From Podarcis cretensis (lineage: Eukaryota): a stretch of DNA of 64,000 nucleotides. Where the stretch lies: the NCBI GenBank assembly GCA_951804945.1, contig OX638149.1:87668001-87732000 (forward strand), in the 5' to 3' direction. The translations under genes were made by a program, and so were the position numbers. The notes beneath the pieces were generated by a model, which was not told the origin of the DNA, ran no database searches, and saw only the letters and a program-made list of their open reading frames with translations. Shown piece after piece: positions 50,737 to 59,992 of the stretch (within the stretch, counting starts at the first letter, position 1; the number at the start of each line of letters is the position of its first letter).

Positions 50737-53700
50737 TGCGCGCGCACGCGCCTGTGTCTACACCTGGAAGCAGCCAGCAGAAAGCACAGTTTTGTGAAGC
50801 TAGCTGATGCTGAAATTTAAGGAAGTCCCTCCAGCTCGCTTGAGCAGGAGCGGCATGGGGATTTGCTCAGCTGTAGGGCCGGGTGAAGTATCTCGACTGC
50901 TTCTTTCTCCCCTCCTTATCTCTTCCTTCCTCCTTATTTTAGACATCATGATATATCAGTCTATCACAATATTTAGCTGGCGATATATCACAATGTTGAA
51001 AACCAGGTTATCGCCCAGCCCTACCTATGGGCACTGAAAAGTCACCCACCCCCCTAAGGAAACCAAGAGCCCGTCCCACCCTTGCAGCCGACAGCTAGCT
51101 CTCTTTCGTGCTGGTACCTGAGGCCTGCCCCTCACTCGCGAAGAAGGCCTTGATGTGCTCTTGGCGGAAGCCGTTCCGTCGAAGCATCTGGTAGAAGAGC
51201 AGCAGGTTCTGTGCATGGCGGGGGTAGGTGACCTGCTCCTGCCAGCCACCTGGGGGAGAAGCACAGTAAGCAATCCAGGGGGGAAAACGTGGTGGAGGAG
51301 AGGCTGAAACTGGTTGCAAGGGGCATAGGAGCACTAACACTGCCCCTCAAGGAGACAAGGGGCCCGTTAAGCTCATGCCCAGTAGAACAAAGCTGTAGCT
51401 CAGTAGCAGAGCATGTACTTGCACACAGAAAGAGCCAGGTTCAATCCTCGGCATCTCCAAGTAAGGTTGGGCATGTCCGCTGTCTGAAACCTTGGAGAGC
51501 CATTGCCAATCAGAGTGGCCAATACTCAGCTAGGTGGACCAATGGGCTAATGCAGCACAAGACTGAGCCTCCAATCAGATTCACCCTCATCCATCCGCTG
51601 GCCAAATGCAATGGCTTGCAGTGGTGTGCGGTCAGTGGACTGGGGGACTAGGCTAGTTCCCTAAATGTCCCCACTAAATTAGAATATTGAAGTATTAAAG
51701 CCTGGCACTTCCTTCCCAAAGCCCAGGAAGCTTCTGCCCGGCTTAGGGAGGGAGGCGTGATGTTCTCTCTCACACAATGTCACCCGCTCCCGCAATCGCC
51801 CTCACAAGCTGGTGCCTCTGGCCCTAACTGTTACCCTAGGAAAAAATTCACCTCACACCGCTGATGGCTTCAGATTCCCAGAACCAGCAGATCCTTGCAG
51901 CCGCCAAGCACCACTTCTTACCTGCAATCAGCACAGCATGGTCACACGTCTGGTACATGCGGCAAGACTTGTACAGTGGAAGCTGCTGCCTGTGGCATCG
52001 CCGCGTGTTCTTGTTGAGTTCGCAGTAAGCGGCTGTGGAGCTGGAGCTCGCAAGGGGCAGGGGCTCCGGGCAGGGGCTGTATCCACGGAGATCTGGGAAA
52101 GAAAAGGAAGTGTAGCAGGAAGGCAGGAGGGGAAAGAACCTCAGGCCCATGGAGCAGACCCAGACAGACCCTTGAACTGTCATGGGGGCCCCTTCGCAAC
52201 GAGGTCTGGGTAACCACTGTTATCATTTTCAATGGGGTCATTCCACAACAGATCACCACACCTTTACAACATCTGTGCTTGGGATTATTGAAATATAGAC
52301 AACAAAAAATGAATCCACTCATATGGGGTCTAAGAGACCCCTTTTTTTAAAAAAGCAATGGGGACGGAAGTTACTTCTGGGGCGCTGCCAGGATTCAGGG
52401 CCCTGAAGCTCAAACTTCATTCGTTTCAAAGTAGATCCATCTCTGGACACTGGAAATAAGAAAATGATTGGTGAGTTGAGATGCCCTAGGCCAAGGGCAA
52501 ACTTGGGACAATTAAGTTCCAGTTCTGTGGTGCTCCCTTCCAGCTGAGATTCCAACACCTCTTGAAGACCTTTTCTGTTTCAGCAGGCACTTTAAGAAAG
52601 TTTTCTGCTTTTTTACAGTTTTAACTGATTAGTGTATCTTTTTAACCTTACTGTACACCGCTTAGGGACTAAGGTGTTAAGCGGTATATAAACTGTTGAA
52701 ATAAATAAATAAAAAGGTGGTCACATTGTTCTCCCCCTTCCCATTTTGTCCTCGCAACCAGGTAGGTTAGGCTGAGAGACAGTGACTGGCCCAAGGTCAC
52801 CCTATGAGCTTCAAGGCTGAGTGGAGTCTCCCAGGTCCTAACCAGGCAATCTAACCACTGTGCCAGACTGTCATCTACCTGCTGCATCCCTTCTTCCTCC
52901 ACTGCCCACATACCAACCTTGGAACTTCCTAAATCCTGAAAGTGGGGGAGTCTCCTTTGTGGTTTACAATCCTGATCCTGTAACCCTGCCCCCCTCCACC
53001 CCACTGCCCGTCCAATCCAGGGACTTACCCACACAGTTCAGCCTTTGCAGGTGTTTGGGGTCCTGTGCCACCACTACCATGGGCAGGAAATGGATCTCAC
53101 AGAGACCGACGGGGGGCTCCTCGCGGCGGATGCGTCCCGCAGACCGCTGGCTCCTTCCCTTGCCACGGCCCGGTCGGCGCTTCAGCTGGTTCTCACAGCG
53201 GCTCCTCTGGGCTGGAATCAAGCATTCATAGCCCCCTGCAGGCAAAGAACAAACATGTCCGGAATAAAACCTGCTGAGAAAGTTCCCTATACAGGGCTGC
53301 CTTCAGGTGTCTTCTAAAAGTCAGATTGTTGTTTATTTCATTGACATCGTTCCACAGGGCGGGTGCAACTACAGAGAAGGCCCTCTGCCTGGTTCCGTGT
53401 AGCTTTGCTTCTTGCAATGAGGGAACCGTCAGAAGGCCCTTGGTGCTGGACCTCTGTGTCTGGGTTGAACGATGGGGGTGGAGATGCTCCTTTAGGTATT
53501 CTGGGCCGTGGTTGTTTAGGGCTTTAAAGGTCAGCATCAACACTTCAAATTGTGCTCAGAAATGTACCAGGAGCTAATGGAGGTCTTTCAGGACCAGTGT
53601 TATATGGCCCGGTGGCCGCTCCCAGTCACCAATCTGGCAGCCGCATACTGGATTAGTTGTAGTTTCCCCACGCAGAATACATTGCCGTAGTCCAAGTGGG

Positions 53701-56700
53701 AGATAACCAGAGCATGCACCACTCTGGCGAGACAGTGACAGGCAGGCAGGGTCTCAGCTGGCATACCAGATGGAGCTGGTAGAAAGCTGCCCTGGACACA
53801 GAATAATATATTATTATATATACATTAATATTATTTTATTTTAGTGCATGGTTTAATTTTCTTGATTTTCTTAATTTCTCCATGGGACAAGCAGAGTTCA
53901 AAAAGGTTCCAACAGATTATTAGATTCTGTGGAACAGGTGACGGGAATGAATCTTTGCTTCAGTTGTGATCAGTGAGCAGCTTATAGAGCATTCATGTGC
54001 AACACCCTCAACCCTGTGGAAAGACCAGAGAAAATATACATCTTGTTTTTCTTTATTTTGTCTTATTATATACTGTTTATGACCATTTGTCTCCTGGTTT
54101 GCTGGGGGTTCACAATATTTTTTGCATTCTTGTTTGTATATATTATCTAAAACTTCAGTAAAAATATTAAAACAACAAGCCATAATCACTTGTGCATACT
54201 ACATCTCTACTGTAAACTCTGCAGAACCAAGTCAGAATCTTGTCTCCCCAAGCAGAATAAAAGAGGATTTCCTCCTAGAGGTGTAAAGTATGGGGTATAA
54301 AACTCCCTCCAAAAATGGAGAGGATAAGAAAGGAGTTGGTTGCCAGTTAGGCTGCAATGCTTGGCCAATTAATTCACAAGGCTGATGGATTAAAACACAT
54401 TTCTAATAGGCTAAAAAAAGTTAATCATTTTAATATAATGAAGGTTAATTATTTTTAAAAGAAAGAAGATGCATTTCTCCTCTGTTGTCTCAGCCACATG
54501 AGTGAAAATGTCTTCTAATATGGGACTTGCAAAATACAGTAATATGCATAAATATATCTATTTTTAATGATGATTTTTCCCCTTTCAGAATTTTTTTATT
54601 TCCTCATTTACACAGAACAAATCAATTAATTAACTAAACATGTCTAACACACACTACTATGTCTACTCAGAAGCAAATCCTATGGAATTCAATGGAGTTT
54701 ACTCCCAGGTGAGACAGTTTAGGATTAGATAAACAATCCTACTTTTCAACATCAGCAAGAAAGACTAATGTGAAGGAAATGCTCCCTGGGCTCAGATAAA
54801 CTGTCTGTTGTTTTCAGTGCCTAAGAGCAAGGAATTCTCCTTGCACAATGTAATGCTTTCTCCCTCTCCTCCCCTTTGCACACCCCCTAAATCTGTTCTG
54901 GGTGTTCCCCTCAACCCTCTGGATCAGATTTGGGGATGGCACAGCGGGGAGGGAATCCTATTGCACTAGCACAAGTATTTGGCTGATTCCCGCCTGTCAC
55001 ATATCTTATATCACAGATTCTGGGATTCCTGTGTTCAAAGGGCTAAACCCTGATTCATACTAAGCCCTGAAAGACACCCTGAGTATTAGCCCATCAGTGA
55101 CAGTCATGCCGGAGAGATTCCACCCAACTGAGCCTCCCACCTGTCACCCTTTGCACTGCAGCACCTTCTAACTTTCCTCTACCAGACTCTTCCGCTGATG
55201 CCACCTCTGCCTTGAGATTACAGAAGCTCACTAGACTCCAGAGAGCCCCTCAAGGCTGTAGGGATGGAGTTTTCCCCAGCGCATCCCAGGATCAGGAGGG
55301 AACTGGAGATGCCCCTCCAGCAGTAGATCCTCTCTCTTGGCTATTCCAAATTCTCCAAGTAACCCCTGCAGGCTGGTCTCAGGATGCCACTGCATACAGG
55401 ACTGACACAAACACTGAGCTAGGGACAGCTTCACACACAACTCACTGATGGAAAGAAGACACTGTTGGAGCCTTGAAAGTCCCAACTGCACTTGCCAATA
55501 GCAGTTATAAAAGCATGTGTGTGGAAGGCAGAGGAGATGAGAACAGGAGCATATGTGAAAGGAGGATGCTGGAGAAGCCAGGCAGCCTTCCTTCCAGATT
55601 TCACTGGCTCATAGGATCAGAGGGAACCCAAATACCAGTCCGTAGTAAGCAGGTGCTCCTCACATCTCACACCAAACCCCCTACCCTGCTTTTAGCTCCT
55701 ACCATGGAAATCAGTGTCTGGCAAAGAAGAAGAGCCAGGATTACTGCAGAGCAGGCAACTAAATCCCTCGAGCAACTGAGACAAGTCACAAGGTGGAGAC
55801 CCCAAATCACTCCTCAGTCTTATCTGGGAGGACATCATCTTGCAACCCCAAACATTGCTCCTACACTGCGGAATGTCTCTCCCTCTGCCATACCTGAAGT
55901 ATCATCCATCAGCTGATATTCTTGAAAAGGCGCATCTTTTGGCTCAAGTGTTTCCTGAATCCCTGATTCTATAATAACTGTTTTCCTGCGTTGCTGTTTT
56001 TTAATGTTCTATCTGTTTTTAGGATACTGTCTAATTTTCTTTTTTTGTGGATTTCTGTACACTGTTTAGAGGTTTTTTTTAATATTAAGCAGCCTATAAA
56101 TGCTTTCAATCAATCAATCAAATATAAAAACTGTTTTTAATTAATTCCAGATTAGCCCATCCTCAGTGGAAACTTTATTGGACACTTTATTCCCGCCCAA
56201 CATTCTCTTCCCTGTCTTTTAAGACACTGGGGCAAAGGGCACTCTGCCCCAAGCGATGCTGAAAAAGAAGCTACAAAATATCTGAAGAGGCGTGAGGAAG
56301 AACACCAGGAGGAGGATTAAGGTGCATAAACACAGTCAGTAATTTTCGTGAGAAAAGAATGTCCCGAGGATAAGGCGGGTCACAGGGTGCAGCAGTTGGG
56401 ATACTGAATCTTGGGGAAGGGAAGGGTAGGCGCAAGTGCCTGTTTTGTAAACCAGAGGGGCACTGGGCCTCAGATATGACTATATCTCATATCTAACCAC
56501 TGTACGTTTTATTTTAAACCACCTTATTTTATGCCGGGTCATCTGATGTGGACGCCTTTACAGAGCAGAGCAGATGCTGGGGGCGGTTCTGCATATGCTT
56601 AGGATCAGGCTCCTCTATAGGATTGCTCCTTGTAGTTTAGGGTTGAAATGCGGGCAGATCTGAGCACAAATGCCAGATCTGATCTGGGTCCTGGCACCAT

Positions 56701-57300
56701 GGAACGGGAGGAAATAGGAAGCCTGGGGTGGGACGGGCGCAAGCCAATATGTTCTCTGCTGGGAGTGGTCGTCCACGGGGCGCGCGTGGCCTGAGGATGC
56801 GGCGTTCACTCACCCACGTAGAGGCTGTCGCGGCTCCGGCACCGGCGTGGGCTGACGTTGAAGTCGACATAGAAGAGCAGGAGCGGGTGGCCGAAGTTGG
56901 CGCCCGGGGTGGGGTCCAGCACGAGGATGGCGTCTTGCGCGGAGGGCGCGCCGGTGGGGCGCAGCGGGCTGCCGCTCTGGTTGCGGCCGGCCACGAAGGG
57001 CGGAGCGCCGGGTCTGTCTCCCCAGCCGTCGGGCAGCAGCGCCCGCACCTTGTGGCCCGGGCGGGCGGGCTCGGAGACATAGACGGCGGGCCCCGGCCCC
57101 TGGGAAAGGCGCGCCAGGCGCTGGCACTGCGGCCGCGGCAAGAGCCCGCCGCGCTCGGGACACTGCGCCGCCGCCACGTGCCGAAGCGCCGCCGCCGCCC
57201 AGCGCGCCACCCGCGCCTCGGAGAAGCGCTTCCCCGACGGGGCGGCCGCGCACGGCCAAGCGAGGGACGCAGCGGCCAGCGCCAACAGCAGCGGGGCCAT
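45918..57300 (-). CDS. Uncharacterised secreted protein, 544 aa, with a C-terminal degenerate legumain/caspase-like (clan CD, C13-like) domain; exons 57300-56814, 53235-53029, 52092-51922, 51249-51118, 49690-49518, 47617-47351, 46115-45918
   Basis: Seven exons with GT-AG sites, polypyrimidine tracts and consistent phases (1,1,1,1,0,0) give an open 1635-nt CDS from an ATG in a CpG island to TGA. Hydrophobic signal peptide MAPLLLALAAASLAWPCAAA. Motifs HAVLIAGGW..YPRH..FYQMLRRNGF..EHI, DSLVLYLNSP and RVLLFLDQSYPG parallel legumain motifs by eye. Confidence 0.85.
47125..47286 (+). mobile_element. Degenerate tRNA-derived SINE (Squam2-like)
   Basis: tggcagagcat..tgcatgcagaagg..caggttcgaaacc head and tgaaacc.tgagagccactgcca body, shared with 51392-51555. 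Confidence 0.55.
47351..47617 (-). CDS. Uncharacterised gene, exon 6
   Basis: Acceptor cccttccctgcaacag, donor |GTAAGT; ADPKERYPISELLADLESCNARRVLLFLDQSYPGPLTKKLRASRRHPNVVLIRSTTTATATTTASGGSAFAEFWAGLQPDQCLLQHLLP. Confidence 0.82.
49518..49690 (-). CDS. Uncharacterised gene, exon 5
   Basis: Acceptor tcttcttttctggacag, donor |GTAAGT; VTVEMGDVHPATEKLAIRSHLALVCRSLHCADSLVLYLNSPAASDGTMLLWDANRNGI. Confidence 0.82.
50685..50750. repeat. (CT)n(GT)n(GC)n compound microsatellite
   Basis: Direct reading; a second alternating purine-pyrimidine tract lies at about 50547-50588. Confidence 0.9.
51118..51249 (-). CDS. Uncharacterised gene, exon 4 (legumain-like RH motif)
   Basis: Acceptor ttctcccccag, donor G|GTACCA; GGWQEQVTYPRHAQNLLLFYQMLRRNGFRQEHIKAFFASEGQAS. 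Confidence 0.8.
51392..51555 (+). mobile_element. tRNA-derived SINE (Squam2-like)
   Basis: A-box TAGCTCAGTAGCAGAGC and B-box GGTTCAATCC, followed by a non-tRNA body ctgaaaccttggagagccattgccaatcagagt...ggaccaatgg. Confidence 0.65.
51922..52092 (-). CDS. Uncharacterised gene, exon 3
   Basis: Acceptor cttttctttcccag, donor G|GTAAGA; DLRGYSPCPEPLP...CELNKNTRRCHRQQLPLYKSCRMYQTCDHAVLIA. Confidence 0.82.
52740..52865 (-). mobile_element. Squam3/CORE-like SINE fragment
   Basis: Reverse copy related to 17893-18109 (aggttaggctgagagacagtgactggcccaaggtcacc..gagcttca). Confidence 0.6.
53029..53235 (-). CDS. Uncharacterised gene, exon 2 (Cys-containing, basic linker with RIRR)
   Basis: Acceptor ttctttgcctgcag, donor G|GTAAGT; GYECLIPAQRSRCENQLKRRPGRGKGRSQRSAGRIRREEPPVGLCEIHFLPMVVVAQDPKHLQRLNCV. 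Confidence 0.82.
53275..53800 (-). mobile_element. L2-clade LINE ORF2 3' fragment in intron 1 of the uncharacterised gene
   Basis: ORF 53226-53543 (-) contains LMLTFKALNNHGPEYLKEHL...RQRAFSVVAPALWN...FRRHLKAALY, the C-terminal L2 ORF2 signature. Confidence 0.75.
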
Positions 57301-57640
57301 GGGGCGGCTGGAGCCCTCGCCGTGCGCCCCGCAGCAGCTCCGCGCGCTCTGCCCGGCCAGCGGGGCTCCGAGTCCCCGCCCTGCCCCGACAGCAGGAGGA
57401 GGAGGAGAGACGGAGGTGGCTGCGGGTGGGGGGAGCCAAGGACTGCGTCCCTCCCAGCCCCGCGTCCCCTTTTGCTGCTTCCTGGGCAGCTCCTATTGCC
57501 CCACCCTGCTGCCCCTGCTGCTTCTCTCCGACGGGGCGGCCCGTTCCTCTCCTGTCTGCTCTCCACACGGAGAACGACGAGAATCCACCAGGACAGATTT
57601 AGACCCCCCCCCGCCCCCAGTTGGGCGCCTGCGGGTCAAG
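56740..57640 (-). promoter_or_regulatory. CpG island covering the promoter and exon 1 of the uncharacterised gene
   Basis: Very high GC and CpG content, with GC boxes (CCCGCCC near 57374 and 57609). Confidence 0.75.
56814..57300 (-). CDS. Uncharacterised gene, coding exon 1 (signal peptide plus N-terminal domain)
   Basis: ATG at 57300 (gccgccccATGG); donor G|GTGAGT at 56813; encodes MAPLLLALAAASLAWPC...DAILVLDPTPGANFGHPLLLFYVDFNV...SLYV. Confidence 0.82.
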
Positions 57641-57989
57641 AGGAAGGAGGCAACTCAAGGAAAGGCATAAGTACTTATTTTTCAAATTTCTAAACTGCCC
57701 CAGCCCTGAAAAATGTACAGCAACAATGAAGAAAAGGGCCTCCAAACGTATGCAGAGTGTGTTTGTCATCATTAACCATCGGTAGGACATGGATGAACAC
57801 CCATGAGAGTTATCCCGGTCGACCTCTCCCCACACAAAAAGGAGAGTCGATGTAGAATCTTACCCAACAATTCCCACCTGGCCCGTTGAATTTTCGAGGG
57901 TTTATATCTGAGCAGAAGTGGTAAGGCTTGTTACTGTGACTTTCCTGTTTCCCGTTCCAATTAATGGAAACATCGTTCCAAGGGACACA

Positions 57990-58960
57990 GAACTCTTGAG
58001 CATAAGCTCAGTGTGCGCACCGCCCTTTCATGCGAAGACTGGCTCCAGCTCACACCCGGAGGGGCGAGACCTCGCGGGTGGGATCCGTGTTACTAACTTC
58101 CCTCATATTAAACCTGAATTGAAATAATCCACGTTCACAGCCGGTATATACTGAACACTGCGCTTCTGAAGGCAACAACGGCCTCTTTCGTGAATGAATG
58201 AAGGTGAGCATGGCTTGGACGGAGGCGCGCCCTGGGCTAGGGAAAACCGAAGTATTTGGGTTGCCGAAAGAGCTCTCCCGACTTCATCCCCCGACGCTGT
58301 ACTGTTCCGTACATTGCTCAGTCCCTCTCTCGCTGTTGTTGCAGCCGGTGGCTGCCCCAGAGTGCGCGCGCGCGCGCGCACTCGTGGTTTTGTTATCTGC
58401 AGGCTTAATTGGGAGCTGCTGCTGCGGCTGCCTAAGAGCTTCATGCGCCGACCTGGACGCCCTACGATGGCAGCAATAGAGCCCTCCCTTCGGGTGCAGG
58501 CCCCACGTTGGACGCGTTCTGACCCGTTCCGCACCCTGATAGAGTGCAAACCCACGCGTGTTTACTCGGAAGTAAGTCCCACTGTGTCCCAAAGAACATC
58601 AGTGTGGCAGATAGGGCCGGCCGTGAGGCCAGAGTCCAATGCTTAAGGGGAGGGAGGACAAATGACCATCCCAAGAGTGGCAGATGGGGGAGCAGCAAAT
58701 AGGCCTGGCATCAGCATCTTGGACGGAAAGGAGCACGATGGAGCCCAACAGGACTCATGCTGGTTATACTCTCGAACTCGGAACGCAAGGGAGAAACGTG
58801 CTAAGAGGAAGGCAGGCTTGGCAAATCCACACCGTGATCAACTCCCGCCCGGAAACCAATGTCCCGCTGTGGAAGGACGTGTGGGTCCAAAATTGGCCTC
58901 CACAGTCACTTACGGACTCATGGTTAAAACCGTGTTTATGGAAGACAATCTTACTCGGCT
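57990..58960. promoter_or_regulatory. Second CpG-rich block (possible upstream promoter or enhancer) containing a (GC)8 palindrome
   Basis: CpG density is raised relative to the flanks; I found no convincing coding exon. Confidence 0.4.
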
Positions 58961-59877
58961 ATGAGTGATCGCCAAAGAAAGACAGGATCCTTTCGTTCTT
59001 CATACAGAAAGATAAGGGACTGCAGGCTGGGCATGCACATGATTAAAGATGCTTGGCTCATTATTATTATTCTTTAAAAACACATTATCCCTTTCTTCAA
59101 CAAAATGCTACTTATTCATGCATGAATGTGCTTACCATTTGAGAAACAGAAGTGACACCTGTTTTATTCTTGTAGTCATGATAGGGATTTAAGTGAGTCT
59201 AAAATGTGAAAAAAAATGGAGTTACCAAACTCTCTTGTGTAGGGCATCCAGGAATGTAGCCATTGTAAAGCATGGAATTAAGAGCAGTGTGCAAGAGAGG
59301 GGGAGAAATGTTTATTTCTGTTGTGATGAGTACATTAACACTTTGTTGCAGCACTGCTGGCTGCTGAGGGGGGCATTAACAAAAGTAGAACCTCGCTTTC
59401 AGAAATTGAAGGTCACCTCCAGAAATCAATAGACCAAGAGCATTTCAGCTTGACAGAACATCACAGCACAAAGGGCAATTAGGATGCAACAGGGTTGGAT
59501 TTTTTTAAAGTATCAAACTCTTTTTTTGTTGTTTAGAAAAGAACAAGTGCAGCAATGCCTCTGAAGTTAATGGTCTATTGCAAAGTGCAATGAACTTTCC
59601 GACCACAAATGCAATAAACCACTTAAGTCTCTAAAGTGAGTTGAAGGGTTCCCCCCCCCTCTTTCTTTTCACAGCAAGAGATTACCACTGATAACTGATT
59701 TATTTCTCTCAGTATTTAAAATAAAGATTAGTGGCTGTTGTTTCTGGTACAACAGAAATCAAATTATTGCTCATTAACTTAAGCATTGGATTTGAAATGT
59801 CCAGTGTTACAGTAATCAGAGTTGACCCTGTCTTCCCTTGATCTTTAATTCTCACCTTCTGATGTTGAGAAACTTGT

Positions 59878-59992
59878 CAAAACAAAATAAAAAAATTCCT
59901 TCCAGTAGCACCTTAAAGACCAACTAAGGTGCTACTGGAAGGAATTTTTTATTTTGTTTTGACTATGGCAGACCAACACGGCTACCTATCTG
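59878..59992. mobile_element. Penelope-like element remnant forming a hairpin of about 40 bp
   Basis: Inverted arms 59876-59915 and 59925-59963; flanking 12-bp direct repeats TGAGAAACTTGT at 59866-59877 and 59993-60004; ggcagaccaacacggctacct resembles squamate Penelope termini as I recall them. Confidence 0.6.

Noticed and set aside
51392-51460. tRNA-like sequence
   Set aside because: A and B boxes are present but the cloverleaf is not intact, and it continues into a SINE body; a SINE head, not a tRNA gene.
53226-53543. 105-aa minus-strand ORF next to exon 2 of the unnamed gene
   Set aside because: It is an L2 LINE ORF2 C-terminal remnant (AFSVVAPALWN), not a host exon.
56637-57693. Long overlapping ORFs on both strands (309, 321 and 252 aa)
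   Set aside because: Low-complexity R/G/A/P translations typical of a CpG island, mostly with non-ATG starts. Only the 57300 ATG frame has a signal peptide and an in-phase donor.
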